Shown: positions 1-10,859, counted from the first letter of the stretch. The stretch: 56,502 bases of DNA from a virus (IMGVR_UViG_3300047476_001839:1-56502); one strand, 5' to 3'. Notes: a model not told the origin generated them from the letters alone. Numbers and translations: made by a program.

Positions 1-1
1 A

Positions 2-679
2 TTTAATATTAGACTCACCAACAATTCCCAATATTTTTTTAATTAACTGATTTCCTTGATTAGCCGCATTTTCAATTTGTGTGAATGTATGATTGTAATT
101 TAATAATATTTGCTGGCTCTTTTGCTCTTCTAAATTTTTTTTGAAAGTTTCAACAGTTTTTTTAGCATTTTCAACTTTAGGCTTTTTTTCTTCAATAGTT
201 TTCAAAAGATTTTCTTTTGTATATATATGCCCGAATATTTCAATTTGGTCTTCATCACCCATTTGTTTAAGAAGAGCTAAATCAAAATCATAATATTGTA
301 AGAAATTTCTTGCTTCCATATATTTGTATTGAGATATTTCAGAATGCTTTATCCCCTGCTCTTCATCAATAATATGTTGTCTAAGTGGATTATGACTACC
401 GGGATTCGAATAAAAACTTCTATCAAATTTTAAAACATCATCAAACTTTAAATTATAATTTGATAAAATATATTTAAATTCAACCAAATCATTAATAATC
501 TGAGGAAATGATAATAAAAAATCTAAACCTGCAACCATAGTAGATGAAGCTTGAATGCGATTGTAAAAATTCAAATAATCTTCCTTGAATTTCTCTTTAT
601 CAAAATTACCACCACGAATCAAATCATAGAAATAATTAGTGCGAGTAGATGATGTCCTGAAAAAATGATTATTAAACAT
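2..679 (-). CDS. hypothetical protein, runs off window start
   Basis: ATG at 679 (MFNNHFFRTSS...); frame appears open to window edge by eye; not in ORF track. Confidence 0.7.
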   Translation of the reverse strand, partial: MFNNHFFRTSSTRTNYFYDLIRGGNFDKEKFKEDYLNFYNRIQASSTMVAGLDFLLSFPQIINDLVEFKYILSNYNLKFDDVLKFDRSFYSNPGSHNPLRQHIIDEEQGIKHSEISQYKYMEARNFLQYYDFDLALLKQMGDEDQIEIFGHIYTKENLLKTIEEKKPKVENAKKTVETFKKNLEEQKSQQILLNYNHTFTQIENAANQGNQLIKKILGIVGESNIK

Positions 680-736
680 ACTTTATATATTCTAAAAGAA
701 AAAGAAATTTCCCCACATAAATGATATAATGACAAA

Positions 737-901
737 ATGAATATCCTACTTGCCTTGTATGCATTCTCAGCAACACCATTATTCATATTCCTAATTTCGA
801 GGGCATTTAAAGTGAAAGGAAAAACTAAAAAAATATTCTTCTCTTTCTGTGCAATCTATATCTTAATAGGACAAATCATTCTCTTATTCCTTAACCACTA
901 A
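737..901 (+). CDS. small membrane protein
   Basis: 54 aa, two hydrophobic stretches; ATG 6 nt after TGATATAAT; terminator follows. Confidence 0.55.
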   Translation: MNILLALYAFSATPLFIFLISRAFKVKGKTKKIFFSFCAIYILIGQIILLFLNH

Positions 902-1008
902 AACAAATAAACCCCTCAAAGAAATCGAGGGGTTTATTCTGTTATAATCTCAAATACAATCAACCACCATAAAACATTAAAATCCTCATTATTTCGAGCA
1001 TAAAAAGA

Positions 1009-1164
1009 ATGAAGAAATACTTACCACACATAATCCTAATATTTATAGCAGTTCTCTTAACACTAATAATAACAAAGAAAATAGATATAGAGAAACTTAC
1101 TAATAACTTTCTTTACTCTGATGACGCAACATTACCACCAGACCCAAGAATAAAGAAAAACTAA
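1009..1164 (+). CDS. small membrane-anchored protein
   Basis: MKKYLPHIILIFIAVLLTLII..., 51 aa. Confidence 0.5.
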   Translation: MKKYLPHIILIFIAVLLTLIITKKIDIEKLTNNFLYSDDATLPPDPRIKKN

Positions 1165-2267
1165 AATCTAATCCTTCTTATTGCCTTGGATGATTTTAAC
1201 ATAGATGGTTTATTCATTTCTTCTCTGGCTTTTAATTTTAATCTATCTATATCTGGATCGTTTTCCAAATTTTCATCTTTAGCATGCATTTCTACATTTT
1301 GAATTGGAGTAGGTTTTCCCCAACTTCTATACAATTCTATATAATCCGAAAAATCATTATCCAAAATATATTCAAATACATCAGACCTCAATGTTCTGTT
1401 TTTAATATAATCTTTGAAATAATCTTTAGCCAAACTATAATCAACAAATACATAAGGTTGTGAAATCCTGTAATTCTTAAATAATCTAGAAATATAATCC
1501 ATAAATTCTGATGATGGATTTTTAATTCTACATTTACCCTCTCGCCACAAATAAATATCTACTTCATCTATATCTTGAGAAAATATTAAATTCTTTATTT
1601 GATTTCGAGTGGGGCTAAAATGACCAGTGGTTTTATTTAACCTATCTAAACCATCATTTATTCTTTGTCGTGCACTATCAGAATTAAATTCTTTAGCATC
1701 TTGATTCACAAAATCTCTACTCAAAAAATCTAAAGCCTTGGTTTCATTACTTGGAGTAACATTTAAAAACCCAGGAAGAGAATTTATATTTTCTGCAAAA
1801 GGTGTAATGAAATTAATATTTGTGTCCAACCAATTCTTTACACTTTTCAAAGCCGAATTATAATATGATTTGTTTATTTGATTTTCATCTAACTTTACAA
1901 AATAATCATCTATATGGCCAAAATAAGGATACCATTTTCCAATAGGTACATTTTTTTTACCGCCACCCCCAGTAGATACATAAAACGGAATACTTACCCC
2001 ATTTATATTTGCTGAAATTGTTATTCTACTATTGATTACAATTACTGGAGAACCATCTTTTACATTTTGATTGAATATTTTACTACTCGAAGGAATATTA
2101 GAAAAACTAACTTTTAATCCATCAATGTTTTTAATACCAGATAACTTACTTATCATTCGATTAAAATTTTCTAACCTAATCTTGTCTCTCAAAGCATAAA
2201 CTTGTTGCCGTTGTTCATTAGGTAATTTAAACAATTCTTCATCAGACATATATGCATTTAAAGCCAT
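1161..2267 (-). CDS. hypothetical protein
   Basis: Long ORF; start moved to MALNAY after AGGTGG SD; motif PFYVSTGGGGKKNVPIGKWYPYFG. Confidence 0.75.
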   Translation of the reverse strand: MALNAYMSDEELFKLPNEQRQQVYALRDKIRLENFNRMISKLSGIKNIDGLKVSFSNIPSSSKIFNQNVKDGSPVIVINSRITISANINGVSIPFYVSTGGGGKKNVPIGKWYPYFGHIDDYFVKLDENQINKSYYNSALKSVKNWLDTNINFITPFAENINSLPGFLNVTPSNETKALDFLSRDFVNQDAKEFNSDSARQRINDGLDRLNKTTGHFSPTRNQIKNLIFSQDIDEVDIYLWREGKCRIKNPSSEFMDYISRLFKNYRISQPYVFVDYSLAKDYFKDYIKNRTLRSDVFEYILDNDFSDYIELYRSWGKPTPIQNVEMHAKDENLENDPDIDRLKLKAREEMNKPSMLKSSKAIRRIRF

Positions 2268-3367
2268 ATCATTTCCACCTATTTTTATTACTATATATAT
2301 TCTAAAACAAAAACAAAAAATCCCCCGACCTTTTTCGAGGGATTTATTTTTTTCCACATAGAGAAAAACTAAAGACAATATTTCGAGCAATACTTTTCCC
2401 CCCACTAAACAAAAACAAAACACATCAACTCTAAAACAATAACACCATATATAAATAAAATATAATAAATCCTCAAACACTTTCTATCATTTAAACACAA
2501 TCTCTATTATTTGCCCCCAGCTCAAAATATATAAATAAATCTTTTTACACTGAAATTCGAGGGTGTTTAATGGATAAATTTCTAATGCCACCACAAGAAA
2601 GAGTAAGTGTAAAAAAATAATCCCACCAAAACAAACAATACATATCAATAGCTAACAACAAAACTATTTAATTACATATAAGAATAAAAGATAAGTTTTC
2701 GAGTAATACAATTTCTCCTATGTAATAAATTAAATAATTCCACATTAGAGAAAACAAAAACCTGATGGAGACTTAGTGGATTAATTAGACGAATACAGTG
2801 GAGAATTAAAACATACCCAATGGAGAGATAATGGAGACTAATACCCAATCCTATCCTAAAATAAAAAAACATCCCATTAGAAGGATGTTTTTTTAATTAA
2901 AAGAGACACACTATATATATTCAATTACTTCTATACATATAACAAGAAAACAATAATATATTACATAGAGAAAAATAAATAATACAATAAGAAGAAATAA
3001 ATTAATTACTATAGAGAAGAGAGGAAAAAATGAATATATATACAATAGAGACATTATTTTCCCTATACTAAAAAAAGAAAAATCGAGGCGAAATTCATAG
3101 AGAGAAATTCGAGTTTAAGGTGCAGTGGAGATTGGGTTTTATCGGTGACCTTAAACATTTTCTCCACAATTCAAATCTCTACTATAAAAATTCACTCGTA
3201 ATATATATTATTCTACATAGGTTCAAAACTTTCCTGCATCTTTTGTTTAATTTTTCGAGCCTAATTTTAAAAACAATTCTCCAAGGATTTCGAGCAAAAG
3301 GTATAAGAGATTTAGGTTCAAAATTTCTTCACCACTAGAGAACAATTTTTCGAGGCTAAGATTTCAC

Positions 3368-3958
3368 ATGGTAATTAATATTCATTCTTTAATAAAAAAT
3401 TCAGGGGTTAATGGTCCTGGAGATAGATTTGTAATTTGGACTCAGGGTTGTAGGAAAGGTTGTAAGAATTGTTATAATCCTGAAACTTGGTCACATTACA
3501 AAAACAATTTAATTACCATAGAGGAAATAATAGAAGAGATTAAAATTTCGAGTGCAACGGGAGTGACTATTTCTGGTGGTGATCCTTTAGAGCAACCAAT
3601 GGAGATTTTTTCTTTACTTGAAAAAATCTCCCTATTGGATTTAAAGGATGGAGTGATTGTTTTTACTGGATATACAATAGAGGAAATTAAAAAAGATCCC
3701 CAGTTAGAGAGATGTTTAAAATATATAGATGTTTTGATTGATGGTAGGTATGTTGATGAGTTAAGAATTTCGAGTGGTTTGTTTGGCAGCAGTAATCAAA
3801 ATGTCCATATATACAGTGATAAGATTTCGAGGGATGAGATTTTAATTGATCAGGAAGTTGAGATACATTTTTCGAGTGGTTTAATTCAGATCACCGGTTT
3901 TCCAATTTTAGATAGGAAAGAATTAGAGTTAAAGGGTATCAAAATTCTAAATGAGTAA
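3368..3958 (+). CDS. nrdG: NrdG-like radical SAM (anaerobic RNR activase-like) protein
   Basis: NGPGDR..WTQGCRKGCKNCYNPETW (CxxxCxxC), TISGGDPLEQ, FTGY, DVLIDGRY, GSSNQ. Confidence 0.8.
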   Translation: MVINIHSLIKNSGVNGPGDRFVIWTQGCRKGCKNCYNPETWSHYKNNLITIEEIIEEIKISSATGVTISGGDPLEQPMEIFSLLEKISLLDLKDGVIVFTGYTIEEIKKDPQLERCLKYIDVLIDGRYVDELRISSGLFGSSNQNVHIYSDKISRDEILIDQEVEIHFSSGLIQITGFPILDRKELELKGIKILNE

Positions 3959-4298
3959 ACTTGATGATGAAATTTACAGGCCCAGAAGGAGTGCAGCTAT
4001 TGTTCCTTCTTATTGGGAGATTTGTAAAATTTGTCGAGTACCATTTAAGACTTGTGTATTTGCTAAGACTTGTGAGCGATGTAGTGTTTTATTGGATGAG
4101 AGGATTCGTTTATTTCATTCATTACTTTTGAGGGGTTTTTTATTTATTATTGTATATATAGGAATTTCTCTCTATTGGATTTTGTATATAATTAGATATT
4201 CGAGTAACTATTGGCTTGTAGTTAGTTTTCCTTTTTTATTATTAGTGTTTGGAGGGAGAATATTTTACAAGTTAATATATAAGTTAAATATAGAGTAG
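3951..4298 (+). CDS. Zn-ribbon membrane protein
   Basis: CxxC..CxxC followed by two hydrophobic segments. Confidence 0.6.
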   Translation: MSKLDDEIYRPRRSAAIVPSYWEICKICRVPFKTCVFAKTCERCSVLLDERIRLFHSLLLRGFLFIIVYIGISLYWILYIIRYSSNYWLVVSFPFLLLVFGGRIFYKLIYKLNIE

Positions 4299-4308
4299 AG
4301 GACTTATA

Positions 4309-4827
4309 ATGGGAAGAAGAAAGACAACACAGGAAGTAACAATTGAAGAGGGTATTGATGCTTCTGTAAAAATCGAGGAAATTGTTGCAGAGCCAGTTGT
4401 TGAAATTTCGAGTGATGTAGAAATTTCGAGTGATGAGCCTGATACATTTGTTGAGGAAATTTTAGAGAAGGGTCAACTCTATGCTGTTTATGACAATGGA
4501 GAGGTTATTGCTTCTGTGTATGAAAATTCTACTGCACTTGATAAACTTTTAGAATATAATAAATCTCAGCTACAGGAAAGAATTAATTTTCTTTTAGAGA
4601 GTGTTTCAGATGAGGCGGAAATTGTGGCTATGAATATTAAAGGCCCAACTAAATATTCTTCCTGGAGACAATATCAAATTCAGAATGGTTTAACTCCGAC
4701 AGAACCACCAATCACAACCAGGTATCAATATTTCTTACAACAATATTATAATTTATCAGTGGAAGAAATGGCAGTTAAGGTGTATGGCAATTTACGTTAT
4801 AGCTTTACACCAATTGAAATGTTATAA
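4309..4827 (+). CDS. hypothetical protein
   Basis: GAGGA SD, acidic 172 aa ORF. Confidence 0.75.
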   Translation: MGRRKTTQEVTIEEGIDASVKIEEIVAEPVVEISSDVEISSDEPDTFVEEILEKGQLYAVYDNGEVIASVYENSTALDKLLEYNKSQLQERINFLLESVSDEAEIVAMNIKGPTKYSSWRQYQIQNGLTPTEPPITTRYQYFLQQYYNLSVEEMAVKVYGNLRYSFTPIEML

Positions 4828-5518
4828 TGCAGTTATGTATCGAGTGTATTTAAATAAGTGTCATTGTAAGTTAATTATAAAAACACTCGATCTCCACAAA
4901 GCAGTCATTAAAGGAGAGATAAATAAAATCTCTCCTTTAATGTTAGAAAATAAAAAACCACAAATTAAATACAACTATGATTTCGAGGAGTCTTTTCTTT
5001 TTCGAGCTCATAGTTTTTCTAATTTACTTTGTGATTTAGAGAAGGAACATGTTAAGAGATATTTTAATGTGTTGCAGCTTTACCCACGATCTGATACAAT
5101 AATTCGAGTAAAGAAGAAATTATATTCTCTAATGGAATTTCTTTCTGGTGATTTAGATGATGTTTTGCCAGTAAGTTTTTCGAGTGATGAAGTTTCTGTT
5201 ATTAAATTATCTCTAGAGTTATATTTTAATTTACTCTGTGGTAAGTTTGAAATATTATCTGAGCTTTTCGAGGGGTTAAATATTCTTTTAAATTTCGAGT
5301 TAATTATTCTGAGGCTTTGTGAGAATAGAGATTTATTTACAAACTTATTAGATAAAAATTCCCCCTTAAATATTTCGAGTAATTTAATTTATTACAAAGC
5401 TAAATGGGCCTGGGATATGTTCAATGTGTTAGAGGGATTGGAATATGGTAAAATAGGTTCAATTCCCTTAATAAAAATCGAGGAAGTTAATGATAGTAGA
5501 CGTTTCAGGCATCAATAA
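4784..5518 (+). CDS. hypothetical protein (start uncertain)
   Basis: Long ORF within operon. Confidence 0.65.
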   Translation: MAIYVIALHQLKCYNAVMYRVYLNKCHCKLIIKTLDLHKAVIKGEINKISPLMLENKKPQIKYNYDFEESFLFRAHSFSNLLCDLEKEHVKRYFNVLQLYPRSDTIIRVKKKLYSLMEFLSGDLDDVLPVSFSSDEVSVIKLSLELYFNLLCGKFEILSELFEGLNILLNFELIILRLCENRDLFTNLLDKNSPLNISSNLIYYKAKWAWDMFNVLEGLEYGKIGSIPLIKIEEVNDSRRFRHQ

Positions 5519-5753
5519 GCTCATGGATATTTGGGGAGAAGATTGTTTCTGTTTTTTTAATGAAACAGAAACAACTCTCTCTAAGCTGCGTGAGTTTTTC
5601 GAGGATAATAATTTAAATTTCCCTATAGAAGAAATTAAATATCCATACAGTGAAATAGAGATCAACAATAATATTCTTCTTATAGTAAACAATAAGAAGA
5701 ATAAGGATGATTTAAAAATATCTTCAAGGGACAATATTGATTTAGATGTATGA
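5490..5753 (+). CDS. hypothetical protein
   Basis: GAGGA SD, overlapping operon gene. Confidence 0.65.
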   Translation: MIVDVSGINKLMDIWGEDCFCFFNETETTLSKLREFFEDNNLNFPIEEIKYPYSEIEINNNILLIVNNKKNKDDLKISSRDNIDLDV

Positions 5754-6174
5754 CCTGGCTGTAAAGAATAATAAATTTATCCACATACCACCGAGAGAAT
5801 TAAAGAAGAAACACATTGATTGGAAGATGCGGCCTATTTGTGATAGAATAAATGCATCTGATTATTGCTGGACTGTATTTTGTTGCCAGGGTCATTTAAG
5901 TGGTAATCAAAAAGGTGGTCTTCCTTATTTAGTTTTATTGTGTGTAAATGAAAAAAGACCTGATGTATTAAATAAATTATATAGTGCATTCGAGGTAGAT
6001 GAAAAGTATGATGATCGCTTTCCTCTAATGGGCCCGAGAAGTAATATGATGTTAATTTCTATGGGTTTAAAGGATGAACATTTTACTTACGTAACAATAC
6101 ATTTCAATGCACAAGGTAAAAATGATCAAGATTATTGTGTTGAGATAATGGATAGATTTTCGAGGATGATTTAA
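5746..6174 (+). CDS. hypothetical protein with TYW3-like N-terminal motif
   Basis: DWKMRPICDRIN..WTVFCCQGH resembles D..I.P....IN....T.SSC.G(R/H). Confidence 0.5.
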   Translation: MYDLAVKNNKFIHIPPRELKKKHIDWKMRPICDRINASDYCWTVFCCQGHLSGNQKGGLPYLVLLCVNEKRPDVLNKLYSAFEVDEKYDDRFPLMGPRSNMMLISMGLKDEHFTYVTIHFNAQGKNDQDYCVEIMDRFSRMI

Positions 6175-6216
6175 TATAATTATTTTTAATTATATTTGGA
6201 TTGAAAAGAGGATGAT

Positions 6217-6459
6217 ATGAACGAAGACTTGCATGCAGATTTTGTTTCGCACTTTACAGAGTTCTTGGTTAAATATGGACAGCTTTTAGAGTCTTGCGAA
6301 AAATGTCATATGGATATCGCAGGCCAATATTTAATTAATCCAACAGAAGATAATAAAAAACAAAAAGATAATATTAATACTTTAGCTGAACATTTAAAAA
6401 ACTTCATTCCTTTATTTCTCGAGGTACAAAAAGCTGAAGAGAAAATGGAGACAAAATAA
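6217..6459 (+). CDS. hypothetical protein
   Basis: GAGGA SD; terminator follows. Confidence 0.7.
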   Translation: MNEDLHADFVSHFTEFLVKYGQLLESCEKCHMDIAGQYLINPTEDNKKQKDNINTLAEHLKNFIPLFLEVQKAEEKMETK

Positions 6460-6483
6460 AAAATCCCCTTTCGGGGATTTTTT
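6458..6483. terminator. bidirectional intrinsic terminator
   Basis: AAAAAATCCCC-TTTC-GGGGATTTTTT between convergent genes. Confidence 0.8.
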
Positions 6484-6484
6484 A

Positions 6485-7228
6485 TTATCTGATTACAATC
6501 GACTTTTCATGGCCTACAACAACTTCAGGATCTACAAAAATCCTCACACCCTTTTCATGCCATTTCCAACATAAAGAAACGTCCTCAGAAGAAAAGTCTC
6601 GAGACATTTCAATCTCATGCATTACAGGCTCAAACCATGGATATGTAACCTTTTCGAATGCACCCTTACGAACCATCATAATACCCATACCAGCATAAAA
6701 AACTTCAACCAGCTTTTTCGAGGTCTTAGCTGCTTCTTCTTTAAGTTGGTTAATAGTTAAGAATGGGAACATACCGGTTTTAAGGAAGTAGTTTGTATCC
6801 CAGTCCTTAACGATGGTAGAATGTACTCCGTCAGTTGTTAAATAAATTCCAGAAAGAACATCGATTTCCTTATCCTTCTGCATTCTATTAAATAAATGTA
6901 CGATCTGCTCCACTGTAAAATTAATATCAGTATCAAGCCACATCATATAATCGTATGGTAACTTTCCTTGAAATGGGATCTGATGTTCTCCAGCTCTATT
7001 GTCAGCTCCGAGTAAATTAGCTCGACAGTGATAGATAACTGGGCTATAATGACGAGTACAAACCATATCGAAAGGTAAACTTGCAGCGGCCATACACAAG
7101 CGGGTCCAGGAATCGAAGAAACCAGGAGTAAAAGATCCACCAGGAATACAGAAAAGCATCAATGGCTTCTTAACTGGCCTTGGAGCAGCAACACCTAATG
7201 GATTTGAGGGAAGAGTGCTAAATTTCAT
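6485..7228 (-). CDS. GT-A fold glycosyltransferase
   Basis: MWLDTD (DxD), GMGIMMVR, SEDVSLC, VDPEVVVGH. Confidence 0.8.
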   Translation of the reverse strand: MKFSTLPSNPLGVAAPRPVKKPLMLFCIPGGSFTPGFFDSWTRLCMAAASLPFDMVCTRHYSPVIYHCRANLLGADNRAGEHQIPFQGKLPYDYMMWLDTDINFTVEQIVHLFNRMQKDKEIDVLSGIYLTTDGVHSTIVKDWDTNYFLKTGMFPFLTINQLKEEAAKTSKKLVEVFYAGMGIMMVRKGAFEKVTYPWFEPVMHEIEMSRDFSSEDVSLCWKWHEKGVRIFVDPEVVVGHEKSIVIR

Positions 7229-7235
7229 AAATATA

Positions 7236-7820
7236 TTATACCTTTTTCTTTGAATTTATTACAGAATCGATTAACCCATAGGCCTTTGCTTCTTCTGCAG
7301 ACATGTAACAATCTCGATCACAATCTTTCTCTAACTTTTTAATTGTTTGACTTGTATGTGTAGATAAGATTTCGAGGAGCTGTTTATATAATTTATTTGT
7401 TTCCGCCACTTGAATGTTAATATCTGCAGCGGTACCAGAAAATCCACTACTTACCTGGTGGATCATAATTCGAGAATGAGGAAGCGCTGATCTTTCTCCA
7501 GTTCCACCAGCTAAAAGAACTGCACCCATAGAAGCGGCCAATCCAATGCACGTAGTATTAACAGGTGCACTAATGGTATGCATGACGTCGTAAATAGCTA
7601 AGCCTGCAGAAACAGATCCCCCAGGAGAGTTAATATAAAACTCAATTGGCATGTTACGATCTTCCTTATCCAAAAACATCATTTGAGCAATAAGGGAATT
7701 CGCAACAAAATCATCAACACCAGTACCGAGGAAAACAATTCTATCTTTTAAAAGTCTTGACCAAATATCATAGGATCTTTCACCGGTAGCAGATTTTTCA
7801 ATAACAAAAGGTGTGTACAT
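7236..7820 (-). CDS. clpP: ATP-dependent Clp protease proteolytic subunit
   Basis: ERSYDIWSRLLKDRIVFL, YINSPGGSV, AASMGA (Ser), IMIHQ (His), DRDCYM (Asp). Confidence 0.97.
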   Translation of the reverse strand: MYTPFVIEKSATGERSYDIWSRLLKDRIVFLGTGVDDFVANSLIAQMMFLDKEDRNMPIEFYINSPGGSVSAGLAIYDVMHTISAPVNTTCIGLAASMGAVLLAGGTGERSALPHSRIMIHQVSSGFSGTAADINIQVAETNKLYKQLLEILSTHTSQTIKKLEKDCDRDCYMSAEEAKAYGLIDSVINSKKKV

Positions 7821-7864
7821 ATATCTCTTATAAAATAAAAAAACTCCCCGAGAAGGGAGTTTTT

Positions 7865-7886
7865 TATTAACAAGAAATAAATCCTA
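7865..7886. repeat. isolated half-site of the 64-bp dyad element
   Basis: TATTAA-CAAGAAA-TA-AATCC-TA next to a terminator. Confidence 0.5.
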
Positions 7887-8279
7887 GTCTAATTCTTCTT
7901 CCAGGATATCAATGATCTTTAAGGCCAATTCGTTATGCTGCAGTTCTCTTCTTAAACTATTAATTAAATCCATAGCATTAGAGGAGGAATCTTTTTTAAA
8001 TTCATTAACATCGTGATCGTACATATCAGAGGCCAAAGAATCATCAACAACATCTTCATCTGGATTGTCTTGATATTCGCCATAATATTCTTCATTTAAC
8101 ACTGGCATTAAATCTTGTTCTTCCCTATAATCATCTGCAAATGCTTCAGGGTCCATATCTCTAATGCTTGCTACTTTTAAAAAATAATTGTGAAGTTCCT
8201 GGGCTCTTCTTGTATTGCCTCTTTCTTCATGCATTTCAATTTCGAGGGCTAATCTGTTTAAATATAATTCTTTTGACAT
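7884..8279 (-). CDS. acidic hypothetical protein
   Basis: AAGGA SD; N-terminus loosely similar to 51531/52014/54347 ORFs. Confidence 0.75.
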   Translation of the reverse strand: MSKELYLNRLALEIEMHEERGNTRRAQELHNYFLKVASIRDMDPEAFADDYREEQDLMPVLNEEYYGEYQDNPDEDVVDDSLASDMYDHDVNEFKKDSSSNAMDLINSLRRELQHNELALKIIDILEEELD

Positions 8280-8450
8280 ATATATTTCCTTAATATAAAA
8301 CCGGTAGATTAAATTTTCTCTGTAGGTTTTTCGAGCACCTTTATCTGATAAATTATATTAACACATTCTAGAACATATGTCAAGAAATTTCCATTTGACA
8401 CACCACAGGAAATCGAGTATACTAAACCATTCCACCCTAAGGAACAGAAA

Positions 8451-9125
8451 ATGAAAGAAGTGTTTACCCTACAAAACGCTGATAAGTTCGCCCAATATGC
8501 AGAGTATTGGGAATCTATCGCCCCACAATCAGATGCAGAGATTTTTCAAAGATGGTTGTTTGCATTTACCAGCATCCATACCACTTGGGAGAATAACGTT
8601 AACCTATATAACAGCATCAAAAATTTCGAGGAATGGATTAACGATTCCGAAGTTTTAATGCAGAGATTGATTGAAGGTCGTGCAGGTCTCCATAATCAAA
8701 GATTCATCAATATCCTTAGTTTTTCGAAGAAGTTTTGGGCAAATCCAGATGCTTTTAAGAAAACAGATAATGAGTCTTGGGCAGAATTAAGAAATAGACT
8801 TGCCAAAGATTTAAATGGTATTGGTCTGGCGAAAACATCCTTTGCTTTAGAGTTGTGCTATCCAAATACAGTAGAGGTTGTTTGTTTGGATGTTCATATG
8901 CTTAGAGTATTAAATTTAAATACTGAAGGATATCGAGCAAACAATCCTAAAGAAGTTGAAAAGTACCAAGAAGGCGAGAAGGTGTGGTTAAATAAATCAC
9001 AAAGCCTACTAGTATCTCCCTACATTACTAGATGCCTTTGGTGGGATTTAAATCAAGGACAACAAAATTCGAGGTATTGGTCTTATTGTTTAGAGAACCA
9101 ACTATCTTTCGATTTCTGTGGATAA
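8451..9125 (+). CDS. HhH-superfamily DNA glycosylase (Ogg/EndoIII-like)
   Basis: LNGIGLAKTSFAL HhH motif and VCLDVHMLR Asp motif; TTGACA-N17-TATACT promoter, AAGGA SD. Confidence 0.7.
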   Translation: MKEVFTLQNADKFAQYAEYWESIAPQSDAEIFQRWLFAFTSIHTTWENNVNLYNSIKNFEEWINDSEVLMQRLIEGRAGLHNQRFINILSFSKKFWANPDAFKKTDNESWAELRNRLAKDLNGIGLAKTSFALELCYPNTVEVVCLDVHMLRVLNLNTEGYRANNPKEVEKYQEGEKVWLNKSQSLLVSPYITRCLWWDLNQGQQNSRYWSYCLENQLSFDFCG

Positions 9126-9256
9126 TTTAGTAGGGAATCTTATCCACAGAGCTAGGGGAAATCAATGGCGATTTCCCCTATTTTAAAACATTCATCCATA
9201 TAAATAAATTTGGATGTGGATTGAAACTATGATATATTGCAATAGAGGTCAAAACT

Positions 9257-9505
9257 ATGAAGATTAAATTTCGAGTAGCAGGCACAATGGAAGTCCCTGA
9301 TAGTGCAATTCCCCACGAGGATATCTTAAATCAATTATATGCATTAGAGTTTAACAATAAAATGTATATGCTCCAAATGTGTCTTGTTGCTGAAAGTCCT
9401 GATGGTGAATATGAAATGATACACCAATATGACGAAATGGAACAGCATGATATTAAAAATGTTAGATATGATGCTGCAGAATTCGAAGAAATAATTGAAG
9501 ACTAA
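9257..9505 (+). CDS. hypothetical protein
   Basis: GAGG SD. Confidence 0.7.
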   Translation: MKIKFRVAGTMEVPDSAIPHEDILNQLYALEFNNKMYMLQMCLVAESPDGEYEMIHQYDEMEQHDIKNVRYDAAEFEEIIED

Positions 9506-9692
9506 GGTGATGAGAGAGTTTGTCAAAGAAACCAAACTCTCTAATTGGGAAAATGTTGTCCAGGATCTTTATTATTTAAATTTTCGAGGTTACAACATTT
9601 ACAAAAGACATATTTCAAAAAACTACTGGCAATTTACTGTAGCAAATGATATAACATCTTGTACGTTTAAGATGTACGAGAAAGAAAGGTAA
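9495..9692 (+). CDS. hypothetical protein
   Basis: Operon context. Confidence 0.55.
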   Translation: MKTKVMREFVKETKLSNWENVVQDLYYLNFRGYNIYKRHISKNYWQFTVANDITSCTFKMYEKER

Positions 9693-9700
9693 TCCCTAAA

Positions 9701-10339
9701 ATGCCTAACTGGGTCATGAACGAACTGATTTGCTCTTTTCAAACACAAGAGCAATTCGAGTCTTTTAAAAACAAAATCAATCTTGAAGGTCTTTTCAACT
9801 CCTTCATTCCTATGCCTGAGATATTGGACGGCACACAATCCCCCAATATTGATGTAGAAAAGTTGATTCTTAAATACAATAAAGAAACTCAATCTACAGC
9901 AATGGGTCTTACAGAAATCATTAATAGCAATAACCCTTTGTTTTCTGATTTAGCCAAGAATGCATTAAAGAACCAACAAGCATTTATCGAAACAGGTTAT
10001 TCTGATTGGTATTCATGGAGTCTTGACAACTGGGGTGTTAAATGGGATGCCGTAAGACCAACAGTTAATTTCGACCTCTTGACAATCACCTTCTATTTTG
10101 ATTCTCCTTGGGGTTGTCCTGAGCAATTCGTAAAAACCCTATCCACACTCTATCCTGAAGCCACTTTTGAAATGATAACTGGCTCCATTGAAAACGATAG
10201 CCATTATGAGTTTGTTGCTGATAATGGAAAAATCGAAGAGACCTGTTCCTACGAGACTTTTAAGGAAGCAGTAGAGGATGGCAAATGGGGTGGAATGGCA
10301 GAATGGGAATCGCTCTTTGAGGAGAGTGAAGTAGTATGA
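9701..10339 (+). CDS. YubB/DUF1281-like ferredoxin-fold protein
   Basis: MPNW start, WYSWSLDNWGVKWD, FDSPWGCP. Confidence 0.7.
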   Translation: MPNWVMNELICSFQTQEQFESFKNKINLEGLFNSFIPMPEILDGTQSPNIDVEKLILKYNKETQSTAMGLTEIINSNNPLFSDLAKNALKNQQAFIETGYSDWYSWSLDNWGVKWDAVRPTVNFDLLTITFYFDSPWGCPEQFVKTLSTLYPEATFEMITGSIENDSHYEFVADNGKIEETCSYETFKEAVEDGKWGGMAEWESLFEESEVV

Positions 10340-10423
10340 CCCTTAATGAATTGATTCCACAAGACTGATATAATTTAGGGGAGAACTAATCATTCTCCCC
10401 TAAACAAAAAGAAAGTAATCAAA

Positions 10424-10798
10424 ATGTTTACTATTGATGATGTTGCTATTGCTATATCTTCGGAACCTGAGCATTTACCTGTAACAGGAAACTATATTGT
10501 TTCTGATGATGCTGATTTTGACAAGAAGTGTGAAGATGAAATTATCGCCCGTTTAGATTCTGGTGATGAATGGGCTTGGTGTATTGTTAAATGTACAGTA
10601 ACACCGAAATCATTAAACTACGTAGATATTATTGTTGGTCGGTCTTATTTGGGTGGATGTTCATATGAGAATAAAGATGAATTTCTACGATCAGACTCCT
10701 ACAATGATATGATTGATTGGGCACTTGAGGATTTAAATCTTACATCGCAAAGAATGTTTAACGGTTTGAAAGATAAATTCGTATCAACCGAAGCCTAA
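10424..10798 (+). CDS. hypothetical protein
   Basis: WAWC..YLGGCSY; terminator follows. Confidence 0.75.
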   Translation: MFTIDDVAIAISSEPEHLPVTGNYIVSDDADFDKKCEDEIIARLDSGDEWAWCIVKCTVTPKSLNYVDIIVGRSYLGGCSYENKDEFLRSDSYNDMIDWALEDLNLTSQRMFNGLKDKFVSTEA

Positions 10799-10859
10799 AT
10801 AATTCGAGGGGAGATTTTCGAGTCTCCCCTTTTTCTTTCGAGAGATGATACAATAAGCC

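Noticed and set aside
2672-3338. ORFs 2672..2872 and 3120..3338
   Set aside because: No SD or promoter, low-complexity translations; treated as non-coding.
6298-6309. CEKCH (CxxCH) in ORF 6217..6459 as a heme site
   Set aside because: No export signal or cytochrome-like context; likely chance.
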